Positions 49,001 through 58,751 of a stretch of DNA of 64,000 nucleotides are shown here, in pieces. The stretch's first letter is position 1; the number at the start of each line of letters is the position of its first letter. Both the position numbers and the translations under genes were made by a program. The DNA is from a virus, in IMG/VR virus record IMGVR_UViG_3300042350_003822, positions 1 to 64,000 of that record; one strand, 5' to 3'. Below the pieces are notes generated by a model. That model saw nothing but the letters and a program-made list of their open reading frames with translations. It did not search any database and was not told the DNA's origin.

Positions 49001-51108
49001 GTCGTAACTTCGAAGCTATTGGCTGTGTCGATCGTTCTGTACACATATGAGAAAGTGTTACCAGTCTTAACAGCAGGTCGGCCGGCATAATAAAGAAGTG
49101 ACGATAGATTGCTATCCTTTAACACAGCCTTGCCATCTTCGAGTACTGCATCGCAAACACCCTTATACGCCCCATCATAGTAAACAGACTTGATAAGAGA
49201 GAAGTTGCGGGCTGTTGCGAGCTGAATGTCGAACAGATACAATCTGTATACACACGATGAAGTACCAGGAACGCCCGACTCGACTACCAGGGAACGGATG
49301 CGAGCTGTTCCGAGCGATGTTCCCAGACTTGTTGGGCTGCTTGTCGAAGGCACGCCACCCGCAAGTCCACCTGAGATAAAATCTCGTGGGTTAGGATAAA
49401 GAATTACCTGATCACCGGTGTTAAACTTAAACAGACCCCCAAGCTCATTTACGCGGATGTAATTACCATAGTTTAGTGAGATGTTGGCATTATTGGCAAC
49501 GAAAGTATCTATGCCCTTGCTAACATCAGCTGTGAAAGATCTAACAGTTTCCAGACGTGTACCATTGAGATATGCTACGCCCGGATCAATGCTAACGCGG
49601 AATGTGGTAGCTTCCGTAGCTAGAGAAGAGGCATTAATAGTGTTGAGAATGAATGGATCGATAACATAATTGCCCGATTCTTCTCTTGTTCTTCTCGCTA
49701 ACTCTTTGCCAAGAATGTTGTATTGAGTCTGTTGGACCTGCTTGTATGGGTTGCCTTCAGAAAATTCGACAATCGAGAAGAAATCTGAGTTAGCATCTGC
49801 CTGCGCTTTAGTTTTTACGACAAGCGTTGGTGTGAGCTTTAGACGATTAGCGCCCGGAGCTGTTGCGTTAGGCTCCCCAGTAGCGTTATCAAGAAGCGAA
49901 GGATCCTGGTTTGAATTCAGAATATACTCGGTGGTATCAAAACCTACAGCCTTGTTGAAGTTATTATTCGTATACTTCTCTACAAGTACCATGTGCTCGT
50001 TGACACGGGTAAAGTAACCTTTTTGATAGATCACACCCTTACCAACAGTGACACCATATCCTGCCCCTACGGGATCGAACGATGTATTAGCAATCCTTAC
50101 CTGAGTCAAGAATGATTGAGCTGCAAGACTTGCAGCATTGATCTGATTGGTTGTAGCTCCTACCGACTGAACTGACACGGTTGGGAGTACATAATATCCC
50201 GAACCTTTTTGAGTCACTGTCAGTGAGCTGATCTCACCATTGATAGTGCCCGTTCTCATAGTAACAGCTGCACCAGAACCGACAATACCAACGATTTTAA
50301 CCATATCGGATGGGTTTGTGTTTAGACTCTGTACATTTGTATTAACAGCGAGAGTCCACTTTTGATTGTTAGCAGCCTTAAGATCTACGGGCTTAGGTTT
50401 AATACGAAGAACCACAGCTTGTGTATTAGAAGTAGTGTCGACGGCCACAATCTGAACATTGGCGGTGCCGTCTGTCAGGTAGTCTTGAGCATAGAAGTTA
50501 TTAGCAAAGGTAGTACCACCGCTTGAGTTTTGAACAGCAATAGCACTCAGAACAACAATCGAATCAGCGTTCGAGAAGCCGGCTGAGTCGTTAGTGGAGA
50601 TGATCTTTTCAATGGGGTTAGAAGGCTTATATACAGTCAGTACATCGTTAGCAATAAACTGCTGACGTTCAGTTCTGACAGTTGCGACATTAGCGTAGCC
50701 AGAATTGACATACTTGACATAAACGGTCTTAAGGTCCGGTGATCTCGACTCGAATCCATCTACTGCAGTTTGAATAGAAGCCACAAGAGGAGATACGTTC
50801 GCGGTATCCTTCACGTAATAACCAATAAGCTGGTTAACGTTAACAGGTGCACCGTCTGTTTGGTTATCCAGGAGCTTAACATACTGTAGGGCTGACTGGA
50901 ACGTAATGTCGCAACCATCAACTACAGTACCACGCTTGAACACGTGATCGCCAAAGCGCTCAATTTGCTTTTGAAGAATAGTCTGGAACTGATTAAGCTC
51001 GCGAGCCTGCACAGCCACACCAGGGCGGAACAGAATCTTGTAGTAATCTTTGTTCTCATCAAAATCGTCAAAATATGGAGAGACGCTTAGATCGGTCTGA
51101 ATAGGCAT
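46015..51108 (-). CDS. Large VrlC/DUF4815-like baseplate-associated structural protein (1697 aa)
   Basis: SPYFDDFD..K.YYKILFRPG.AVQARELNQ.QTILQ.QIERFG, APGA.RLK, YTM.DIG.L..RI..LE.Y, RFK.GFFVD.F. Confidence 0.85.
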   Translation of the reverse strand: MPIQTDLSVSPYFDDFDENKDYYKILFRPGVAVQARELNQFQTILQKQIERFGDHVFKRGTVVDGCDITFQSALQYVKLLDNQTDGAPVNVNQLIGYYVKDTANVSPLVASIQTAVDGFESRSPDLKTVYVKYVNSGYANVATVRTERQQFIANDVLTVYKPSNPIEKIISTNDSAGFSNADSIVVLSAIAVQNSSGGTTFANNFYAQDYLTDGTANVQIVAVDTTSNTQAVVLRIKPKPVDLKAANNQKWTLAVNTNVQSLNTNPSDMVKIVGIVGSGAAVTMRTGTINGEISSLTVTQKGSGYYVLPTVSVQSVGATTNQINAASLAAQSFLTQVRIANTSFDPVGAGYGVTVGKGVIYQKGYFTRVNEHMVLVEKYTNNNFNKAVGFDTTEYILNSNQDPSLLDNATGEPNATAPGANRLKLTPTLVVKTKAQADANSDFFSIVEFSEGNPYKQVQQTQYNILGKELARRTREESGNYVIDPFILNTINASSLATEATTFRVSIDPGVAYLNGTRLETVRSFTADVSKGIDTFVANNANISLNYGNYIRVNELGGLFKFNTGDQVILYPNPRDFISGGLAGGVPSTSSPTSLGTSLGTARIRSLVVESGVPGTSSCVYRLYLFDIQLATARNFSLIKSVYYDGAYKGVCDAVLEDGKAVLKDSNLSSLLYYAGRPAVKTGNTFSYVYRTIDTANSFEVTTGGTITVAATGNETFPYTAGATLSPAQEQDLIVAPMANVQFAANAAGTVNCTAGSTTITGGSSTSFTSVFEAGDFVKIANASHSTIVQIATVVNTTIMTTTANPSSAVTNGNTVMYFPQYVPISLRAGRSANVDANANNLVVNLGSSVNVATKVSIAYNVRSSGTTPIVKTVNRDKFIRLQLSNNATTNTGPWALGVPDIFHLKGVFLASNASFTPTEAGVQDITNEYYIDHNQNENFYDMSYLYRKTDANTAITTSNFLLVKFDHFTSSGEGLKAPGSAGSYQINDTLALASSSSTINTMEIPEVYGTKGEYYDLRDQFDFRPVSVANATPVVLASVASAPINPEEKATADKFGTTDKKFPAPDSNLTGIVEYYLGRTDRVIIDEQGNFSIMKGTPGSADAPAAPSDAMTINLLQIAPYPSHPKRLSAGTVAFFNNKIANETYSNRRMLAYRVEAPFNDAQRTIEQPRGYTMVDIGALDRRIQTLERYVAYTLVEAQTQKKVIPSSANSNIDRFKFGFFVDGFNNYSYAETSNPQYNAAIVDGFLSPKVEEINLPLSPVSGGTNVSLPYIEKSFLSQPDATNGPIVQPDAVAPDLGITNTLTGTIVITPVVQQNTASATVTKTISVIESEKNTLNSDSGVFYDEYFYTFSESAGTAQFYINSRDNNIGVIVYQSQTENGPFTNVVRNSGSDAQAITTPDIDSNGLRVLNGGRSIEHPGSLDTKGYYFTGTSVWHEDQLKLLWNHNPDAGRYYMIRVYKGKKHGGLFGGQGKSGTYGFKLYYPADVLESQQDYVNGFSPTINFDMSYWSGSWGFIGAPAMSPINFNFSGFNPGSPGINPSDPGVIASEQAFEIRVTGLRPNTDHKFFIEGTDKSASCKQVGRILGGGLQSDSNGDLEFIYYYFPAIQSVDVTSEAAAATEMVVASKAVRVVNTDASSFSDSVIQVKNYIKRVFNAPPQPAAIPSFGGPGGETVLTDRVTVGGGRDFLSQDNVKEV

Positions 51109-51113
51109 TTAAC

Positions 51114-53177
51114 TTAGAACTCCAGAATCAATTTGATAGTTTCAGTCTGAGAATTTGATCTCGCAATTGGCGGAAGGTTCTCAATGTATACAACCTCCCC
51201 GCTACCCGGTACAAGCTCACCCTCGTATTTAGCTGTAACAGTAAACTGGGCATCACTACTGGCGCCGGTTGATACACCAGCAGCTGCTCCTGTCTGCCAA
51301 GTGTTCTGAACATTCGTCACGTACAGGTAATCAAGAGCTCCGTCCTCGATAGCTGCATAAACTTTAGCTGATGGAGTATCGTACGGGGCAACAGCGGAGT
51401 CTTGAGTAACAGTTTCATCAGGAGTGAATGTACCATCATCGATAGTTCCAGCAAACTTAGTTAGCTGCGAGAATGTCGAATAGTTATTCGTTACTCTTAC
51501 ATCCGGAGTAGCTCCCCCCCGACTAATTTTGATAGTATCGGCTACGGTTGTACAAAACGATTCTTCTCCAACAAATCTCATACTCTGAGAGACAGTGGAC
51601 ACGTTTACATTAGCGAGATAAATTACACCAGCCGAGTTGGCACTAATGATTCCATAAGAAAACGCATTCACAAGGGAGATATTACAAGATACAGATGTAA
51701 AACTAGCGTTTACATCTAGTGTAATGTGAGTGTTACTAACAATAGACAAGACGTTGCCATATACATTATTAAGACCATCTGAAACAAGCAGTCGATCACC
51801 AATAGCTATACTGTCTTGAAAAAGAGTGCTGACACCCTTAATTGTCGAGTTGGTAAATGTATTAGCCGTTCCTTGCAAACGAACGCTCGTGTATTGGGAC
51901 ACGTGCTCGTTAGGAAGGAAGGCTCCTATTGTATTACCTGCAGAATATTTAATCTCTACGTTAGCAAACAGAGGATTTTTTAGAAGACCAACTTGTCTAT
52001 AGTCATTCTCTGTTCTTAGCTCACCGCCAGGCGCTACGCCTTCATTTTCGACAAACTTAACTGCGACGCCAGCATAGTTTGCTCCTAGCTCTGAGAAGCA
52101 GTTAGCTCCATGACCATTAGGGGGAGACATAATAGCTCTAAGAGAAGCACTAGCAGTTACCCCGACTGTACTGGCCGGTCTTACCACCACAGTAGCAGAC
52201 TTATATCCCGAACCAGGATCTAGTACCTCAACCTTGGTGATTGTGTTGCTCGACGCCCCCGTGATAATAGCTCTTGCGATACAGTTTGTGAACTTGGATC
52301 CGCCAGTGTCAAATACGTCGACAAACGGATATACTTCAAATGTATCGTTTACCTCAATTGCTCCATCAAACGGATCCTTAAGAACAGCAATCTTTTGGGC
52401 ACCAACAACGTATCCTGTAATGACTCTATACTCGTCTTTTGCGTTACCAGATGTTATTCTGATAAGACAGTTTGTATAAAAGTCTGGAACAGTACTCGCA
52501 GTGGAACCCAAGGCATATCGGTATTCATCACCCAATACTCGTATGTCTTCTGCTTTTTCAAAGTAACCCACAAGATAGTTTGCATAACCAACGCCCCCAT
52601 CTTCAACCTTAATCACTTCAATTGATCCAGGGGTGGCGTTAGCAGTAGCGGATGTGTTACTTGCAACAGGCATATACTCCGTTGTTGCAAATTTACTCAT
52701 AAGGGTATTATTGGCGGAGTACATGTACTTCCAAAGATAGCCATCCGACGTCTCAAATGTATCGTTGTCTGTTCCTGAAGGCTCAACAGTAGATGCAGTG
52801 CCGTAGTCGTTGAATAGACATTTATATACGTGATATTGAGCCCCCGCATTCACGGTTGCGTAGAATTGCTTTGTATACAGTACAGGATCAATATCATCAT
52901 ACATTGCGTATGTGGTACCAGCCGTCCAATCATATCTTGGAATCATTGGCTTGATGTCTGTATTACCAACTCTCTTACCAAACAGCATATCATTATAGAT
53001 GTTGATATAGTTGTTTACTACAGTATCATTAGGCGCCGGGATAGTTGTATCCCCACCGCTGTATTGTGTATGCTTTGCCGCAAAGACATAATAAGCTGAG
53101 CCAACAGAGACCTGATCGACAAAGTCGAGTGCCGTAGCTACGTTAAGTCTTTTGGATACGATTTGTGTAGTGCTCAT
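51114..53177 (-). CDS. gp8: Baseplate wedge protein gp8-like
   Basis: PRYDW..GT.Y.MYD, VYKCL.N, DGY.WKYMY, PP.GHG, DYRQVGL.KNP, SGEV.YIEN..PI.R...Q.E.IKLILEF. Confidence 0.88.
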   Translation of the reverse strand: MSTTQIVSKRLNVATALDFVDQVSVGSAYYVFAAKHTQYSGGDTTIPAPNDTVVNNYINIYNDMLFGKRVGNTDIKPMIPRYDWTAGTTYAMYDDIDPVLYTKQFYATVNAGAQYHVYKCLFNDYGTASTVEPSGTDNDTFETSDGYLWKYMYSANNTLMSKFATTEYMPVASNTSATANATPGSIEVIKVEDGGVGYANYLVGYFEKAEDIRVLGDEYRYALGSTASTVPDFYTNCLIRITSGNAKDEYRVITGYVVGAQKIAVLKDPFDGAIEVNDTFEVYPFVDVFDTGGSKFTNCIARAIITGASSNTITKVEVLDPGSGYKSATVVVRPASTVGVTASASLRAIMSPPNGHGANCFSELGANYAGVAVKFVENEGVAPGGELRTENDYRQVGLLKNPLFANVEIKYSAGNTIGAFLPNEHVSQYTSVRLQGTANTFTNSTIKGVSTLFQDSIAIGDRLLVSDGLNNVYGNVLSIVSNTHITLDVNASFTSVSCNISLVNAFSYGIISANSAGVIYLANVNVSTVSQSMRFVGEESFCTTVADTIKISRGGATPDVRVTNNYSTFSQLTKFAGTIDDGTFTPDETVTQDSAVAPYDTPSAKVYAAIEDGALDYLYVTNVQNTWQTGAAAGVSTGASSDAQFTVTAKYEGELVPGSGEVVYIENLPPIARSNSQTETIKLILEF

Positions 53178-53186
53178 AGGATATAT

Positions 53187-56100
53187 TTATGCCTCGTTTA
53201 CCTGGGCGATGTTGTGGCCAGACTCGTTTAATCCGTCTGTTATATTTATTGTTGTAGTAGTAAGGAAGTGACCATTCTCTGAAAGAGATTTGACAATATT
53301 GATTGCCGCTGCACCTCTAGTGGCTGCCAACTTTACGCCAGTGTTATTTGCGCTCACAATATAGTACTGACCGTTGTTTGCAAGACCTGTGACAGCAGTA
53401 TTACCAACTGCTGTGGAATATTTGACAATATCATTGTTCTGCAGCATGTGGCGCGTCAGAGTGATGAAGTCGTTTGCAGCTGGGTTAGCAACAGAGTCTA
53501 CACTAATATTAGTATTACTATTAAACGAATATGTAAAGATTCTTGGGTTTGATGTCAGCTTGATAGTATTGGTAGTAGTGTTGGCTACATAATACACATT
53601 GTTGTTACCAAGTTCTGTGAGAGCTGTATTACCAATAGCTGTGTAATAGTTCACCTTCATACCATTTGCAAACGCATGCGCTGTCAGCGTAATAGTATCT
53701 CCCGCTACATCAGATAGGGCATTGAACGAGTCAGCGTCTACAGGATTGAATGTGGTGGTTGATGAGTCACCATAGGCAACGTTTGCAACAAACTTGTCCT
53801 CCAGTACAACTCCACCAAAGAATCTTGTGCCGGCGGTGTGCATGACCTTCTTGAACATCTCTGAGTATCGATCGAGAGGAATTCTCGAAAGAACCTCATA
53901 AGAATATTCCTGATAGTAATCGCCATCTTGAACCTTGGCTGTTGAGCTCAATTGTCCCTTTGTATCCTTATAGTATCCTGCACCGGTGCCAATACCGAAT
54001 ACATTAGCAATAGCCGTGCCACTTCTCGTACCATCTGCAGATACGTAAGTGATTTCCTCACCGTTCTTATATCCAAGGCCAGAATCGAATATTTGAATTC
54101 CGGTAACAGATCCGTTTGCTGTGACAGTGTTGGCTGTAATATTTGCATTTAGTCCAATTGGAAGTAATGTGTTGTCTTCTTCTACACCGACAATTGTAGC
54201 AACAGTACCTGTTAGCTGTCCGGTGACTTCTAATGTCGGTTGGAATAGATTATCAAATTGAATACGCTTAACCATTAAATGTGTCGTATTTGAGCCCTTG
54301 ACAATGCCTTTTGCTGTTGACGTAATCGATGAATTGATAGATACTGAACTTATTGTTCCAGTGAAGGAACCATTCGAAGCAGACGTAATTGGGGTGGCGT
54401 TGACTTGGAATACGCCCGCAACATCCTTTACAATTATGGTATTAGCTGTCGCTTGAATAGTATCAATGATTCCATTAGCAGAACCTTGAATCACTCTCTC
54501 TCCAACAGCAAGGCCGGTCTCATCGTTCAATACAAGAGTAGTCTTTGTTAACAGTGTGTTGGTCTGCAGAAGGCGTTCACCTGTCCGGAACGTTCCTGTT
54601 GCACCACTAATCTCTATAATATAGTCTTCCCTACCAAACCCACTCAGGAATGGTTGTTCGACTAGCACATAAGGATCGACAGTATAGCCTGTTCCTGGGT
54701 TGATCTCTGTAATTCTTCCGATCGTGCCAATGGTAAAGGCGTCAAAGCTCAAGCAGTTAAAAATTACCGCGGCTGAGTTCCCTGCTGGGTTCTTGAAGAA
54801 CCCGTATTCGGGATTATTAATAGGAATGGTCATGAACAATTGACTTACAGCATTCGTAAATGTTCCATTGCCAGCTAATCTATCTGTATTGAGATAGATT
54901 GTTTCTGAATCAGTAATTGATCCAACTTCAAAGTTAGCGCCACTCCCTGCAGAGACTGCAACAACATTAGCTAACGTTGCTGTATTGCTAGTGAAGATAG
55001 GAACACTAAAGGTATTGGTAAATGTGTTCGAAACTTGATATAGACCTACAGTGAGATCTATATTGATAATAGTTGCGAGACTTCCATTAGATCTAACTCT
55101 CAAAGGAAGAGTGGGGCTTGCTTTAAACACACCCTTCAGGTTATGAACCTCAATTCTACCACTAACACCGGAAATAGATGTGGAAACAATATCACCATTA
55201 GCTACCTCAACACCCTGAGCATCTAGCTGAAATACCACATCATCTTTGGCAAAGGCCCCGCTTATACTAGAGAGGGCTAGGTTGGCAGAATATGGCACAC
55301 CCATTACAGTAGCGGTTGCGGATGTATTAGTAATAGCTGCCACATTTGCTGTCACTGCAATATTTGATGCTAATACTATAGTATTTGATGTTCCGAACAG
55401 TCCATTGTTTGAAACAGAAATAGTCAGAACCCCGTTAGTACTCGAACCGACAGTGTTGTCTATAATGGTTCCGAACGCAAGATTTGCTGATCCATTGCTA
55501 ACATAGATGTGTTCGCCAGCAAGAAATGCATTTTTATTAACAGCTGTATCATATTCTACAGTAGCTAGTCTTTGGGTCAGTTTCTCTAAATACTTAAAGT
55601 ATGATGTGAATGCCTTAGTAGTAGCTTGAATTGATGCGCTAGTCCCTCCGGATGTAGCAATAGAAACAGTTGGACTGGAAGTGAAAAATCCTGTGCCTGG
55701 ATTAGTAATATGAATGTTAGTAATTACACCCGAGCCATTAGTATTCACTGTAGCAACACAGTTAGTATATGCTGACTGTACTGTAATGATATCGGCGTTA
55801 CTGTACCCCGTACCTCCGCTCGTGATAGTAAAGCCCGCAATTGTATTAGATGTAACAACGTTTGAGAGCGTCAACACTTTTGTAGACACAATCACCTGCG
55901 ATCGTTTAGCTAGTTCAGATTCTGAGAAGTCAGCTGTCGGAGCTGATACAGTATACCCCCATCCACCATCTAACAATTCGAAGTCTACAACACCTGTCTC
56001 GTTTGAGATGCTCGAGATTCTACCCGTTGCTTCAGCACCTCGAGTAGAAGTGAAATTTACTAAATCACCAACAGCAAACAGCTTCGACCCGCCAGTCACA

Positions 56101-56966
56101 GTGAGACCGGTCAGCGATCCTACCACTCTTGGTAGATCAAACAATACCCGATCACTTCTTAGTGGTTCATTATTAATGAACTGCCCCGAAACGTTAGAAA
56201 TATAAAGAACATAGACAAACCCGTCTTTGATTCTTCTTTTAATAAACTTTTCTACGAATGCTATTGCACCAGACTGAACACCAGTGATCTGCTTACCGAC
56301 AAGGTCAATTGTTCTAGGTGAGCTGGTAATTTCAATGTACTGTGGTTTATACCATTGCGAACCTGACAGACGCATAAGGTCTTCGCCAGGATAATATACA
56401 GTAGCCGAAGCACCATAGATCAGTCTGAAGAACAAATCAACAGAACGTTCTGTGCCCTTCGATCTATACAGGTCAAATGAATTCTTTACCAGAAGTCTTT
56501 TGTTTGTATTGGTATCAAATTCAATATTCTTGAGATACTGTTCTTTAAAGTGAACAATAAACTGATCAAGAGTTCTGTCGATATCTCTGATATCAAACAA
56601 CTTACGGGCATAGTAGATAGGATTCAGCTTATATTGCTTCTCGATGAATGTATTACCACCCGAAGAAGAACTAATGGTAACATATTCATCACATTGGATA
56701 TTACATCTGAATGCGTCAAAATTATCTACACTGACTAGAATATTATTACCCTGTACAGAGACAATAGTTCCTGTAGTGTTTCCTTGCACTACAGTATCAC
56801 CTGCAACAAAGTTTGTGTTTGACGTCAGCTCGAGCTGTTGGTGATTGGATTCAAGCCACTCATAGTAGGCTTCGACAAACGCAACAAAGTCCTCTCCCTC
56901 GTCCAAATAGAACGAAGGAAAGAGCGACTTGATTAGCGGAGAAATTTTAGCTTGAATGTCTCTCAT
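53187..56966 (-). CDS. gp7: Baseplate wedge protein gp7-like (1259 aa)
   Basis: FV.F.EAYYEWLE, RDID.T...F, LY.SKGT..S...FFR..YG, QD.DYYQEYSY, H.AGT.FFG; between gp6 and gp8. Confidence 0.8.
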   Translation of the reverse strand: MRDIQAKISPLIKSLFPSFYLDEGEDFVAFVEAYYEWLESNHQQLELTSNTNFVAGDTVVQGNTTGTIVSVQGNNILVSVDNFDAFRCNIQCDEYVTISSSSGGNTFIEKQYKLNPIYYARKLFDIRDIDRTLDQFIVHFKEQYLKNIEFDTNTNKRLLVKNSFDLYRSKGTERSVDLFFRLIYGASATVYYPGEDLMRLSGSQWYKPQYIEITSSPRTIDLVGKQITGVQSGAIAFVEKFIKRRIKDGFVYVLYISNVSGQFINNEPLRSDRVLFDLPRVVGSLTGLTVTGGSKLFAVGDLVNFTSTRGAEATGRISSISNETGVVDFELLDGGWGYTVSAPTADFSESELAKRSQVIVSTKVLTLSNVVTSNTIAGFTITSGGTGYSNADIITVQSAYTNCVATVNTNGSGVITNIHITNPGTGFFTSSPTVSIATSGGTSASIQATTKAFTSYFKYLEKLTQRLATVEYDTAVNKNAFLAGEHIYVSNGSANLAFGTIIDNTVGSSTNGVLTISVSNNGLFGTSNTIVLASNIAVTANVAAITNTSATATVMGVPYSANLALSSISGAFAKDDVVFQLDAQGVEVANGDIVSTSISGVSGRIEVHNLKGVFKASPTLPLRVRSNGSLATIINIDLTVGLYQVSNTFTNTFSVPIFTSNTATLANVVAVSAGSGANFEVGSITDSETIYLNTDRLAGNGTFTNAVSQLFMTIPINNPEYGFFKNPAGNSAAVIFNCLSFDAFTIGTIGRITEINPGTGYTVDPYVLVEQPFLSGFGREDYIIEISGATGTFRTGERLLQTNTLLTKTTLVLNDETGLAVGERVIQGSANGIIDTIQATANTIIVKDVAGVFQVNATPITSASNGSFTGTISSVSINSSITSTAKGIVKGSNTTHLMVKRIQFDNLFQPTLEVTGQLTGTVATIVGVEEDNTLLPIGLNANITANTVTANGSVTGIQIFDSGLGYKNGEEITYVSADGTRSGTAIANVFGIGTGAGYYKDTKGQLSSTAKVQDGDYYQEYSYEVLSRIPLDRYSEMFKKVMHTAGTRFFGGVVLEDKFVANVAYGDSSTTTFNPVDADSFNALSDVAGDTITLTAHAFANGMKVNYYTAIGNTALTELGNNNVYYVANTTTNTIKLTSNPRIFTYSFNSNTNISVDSVANPAANDFITLTRHMLQNNDIVKYSTAVGNTAVTGLANNGQYYIVSANNTGVKLAATRGAAAINIVKSLSENGHFLTTTTINITDGLNESGHNIAQVNEA

Positions 56967-56969
56967 TTA

Positions 56970-58751
56970 TTAACCGCTTACGCCTTGAATAGTAAGAGTA
57001 ATATCATCTTCTACAATATTAATAATATTGTTGTTAATAACACTAATGTCTCTGTTACGTGGTTCAGCTTTAATCTTAATACCAGGACCTTCATATGAAG
57101 TAATGTTAAAGTTTGAAAGCTGAACTTGTCCAGTTTCATAATTAACAGTGCCGATATTGGTAATTACACTACCAGTAGAAGATACTATATTTACCGTTCC
57201 TAATCCATCGTCCTGGAGTGTTGCGCGCTCTCCGTTAAACAAGAACCTGGTCGAGGTAATTGAATATCCACCTCTGGCAACTGATTGGGTGGTGTCCAGA
57301 GGGACCTGGAAGTTGACATCAATTGTATTGTTTACGCCAAGGGCAGGGGTGATAATCTTGATCACCTTAACAAATGTTTCGTTAGAGATAATAGCTACCT
57401 GAGCATTGTCAATGGCTTCTACGACATTTGAATAGCGGAACACTCTATTGAAGTTATTGAGATTTGTCAGGGCATACTTGGTCACTGCTGCAGTGACAAG
57501 GGTTCTAATATCTTCTGACGACAGCTTTGTGACATTGATGTTATATTTCACAATAGCATTCAATCCGATATATGTGTAGTCTGGGTTGACAAACACAGGA
57601 TCGATGGACACTGGCGATCTTGGCTTGAGGAATCTGTAGTATTGATCCTTCTTAACTTCCGGAATGCCGTCTACTTCTTTGAGGTCAACAGCAACAAACA
57701 CCTTACCGTATTGAGGAGGATCAAGATCTTCTCCCCCATATGCAGAAACAGCGTTGACTTCCGAGAAGTTTAGCTTTAAAAGGTTCTCATAGTCTTCTGT
57801 CGTAACAGCGCGCTCTTGAGTCGTGAAGTGACGAGGAGCATTGTACTTAATCTCTTCGATAGATTCTGAAACAGAACCCTGAGCGGCCGCACTGTTAACA
57901 GAGACAATAATCGCAGACTCACCATCAATAGTTGAATCTGCTCTGAACGTATTGCAACCGTTTGGAAGTTGTCCGTTTGATACTCTATACTCTATAGAGA
58001 TAATAGAGTTGTCTTTGGGAGCTCTGCCAGTTACTCCATCGCCAAAAACAATTTCGTATGAATCATTCTCGCAGGCTTGTACGAAGAATATCTTGGAATT
58101 GGAGTCGATGTTGAATAGCGATGTGGCTCTTGAGTATGTGAAAAGTGTAGCCCCAACATCCTCAATTACAGTTACAGCAATAGATGAAATATCACAGTTC
58201 TTGTTTGAGATAATGAATCTCTGATTCCGATCTGCTGTATAGGTAAAGCTATCGTTAACGAAGTACCCCTCAAAAAGAGTAATGTTTGAACCGAGAAACG
58301 AGATAGTATTATTTGGGTTGATTGTATAGTCTGTGACGATCACACTGTCGCCCACAGAGAAAGTATAGTTTCTGTTGTTAAACCTAGATGTGAATGTAGT
58401 GCCACGCGGAATAGCAATTGATCTTTTATTCAGAACATTGGAAGTAATTGTAATGTTGACGTTTGCTTCTGCCGACTTGAATGACCGTGGCGTATAGTTT
58501 AGCTCCTTGGCATGGGACATCACAGAGTCACGAATCTGCGCTGTATCAAGGAACATTTCCGATCCTACCATATTCAAATAGAACATATTGTGGAAAGTGT
58601 TATAGGATAAAACGTCCAGAAGGACGTTCATATTTGAACCTTCGAAGTCATAGTCCTGGAAACGCGTCTGCGACTTCAGATACTGCTTAAGAGTATTCTT
58701 ATGAGTGTCGAAGTCGATATTCGATAGGATGATTGATGAATTGGCGGCCAT
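56970..58751 (-). CDS. gp6: Baseplate wedge subunit gp6
   Basis: DFD..K..LK.YL..Q..F.DYDFEGS, E.FLD.A..R.SV.SHAK.L.Y.PRS, FGDGV.G, Q.RAVT..DY, PPQYGKVF. Confidence 0.95.
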   Translation of the reverse strand: MAANSSIILSNIDFDTHKNTLKQYLKSQTRFQDYDFEGSNMNVLLDVLSYNTFHNMFYLNMVGSEMFLDTAQIRDSVMSHAKELNYTPRSFKSAEANVNITITSNVLNKRSIAIPRGTTFTSRFNNRNYTFSVGDSVIVTDYTINPNNTISFLGSNITLFEGYFVNDSFTYTADRNQRFIISNKNCDISSIAVTVIEDVGATLFTYSRATSLFNIDSNSKIFFVQACENDSYEIVFGDGVTGRAPKDNSIISIEYRVSNGQLPNGCNTFRADSTIDGESAIIVSVNSAAAQGSVSESIEEIKYNAPRHFTTQERAVTTEDYENLLKLNFSEVNAVSAYGGEDLDPPQYGKVFVAVDLKEVDGIPEVKKDQYYRFLKPRSPVSIDPVFVNPDYTYIGLNAIVKYNINVTKLSSEDIRTLVTAAVTKYALTNLNNFNRVFRYSNVVEAIDNAQVAIISNETFVKVIKIITPALGVNNTIDVNFQVPLDTTQSVARGGYSITSTRFLFNGERATLQDDGLGTVNIVSSTGSVITNIGTVNYETGQVQLSNFNITSYEGPGIKIKAEPRNRDISVINNNIINIVEDDITLTIQGVSG

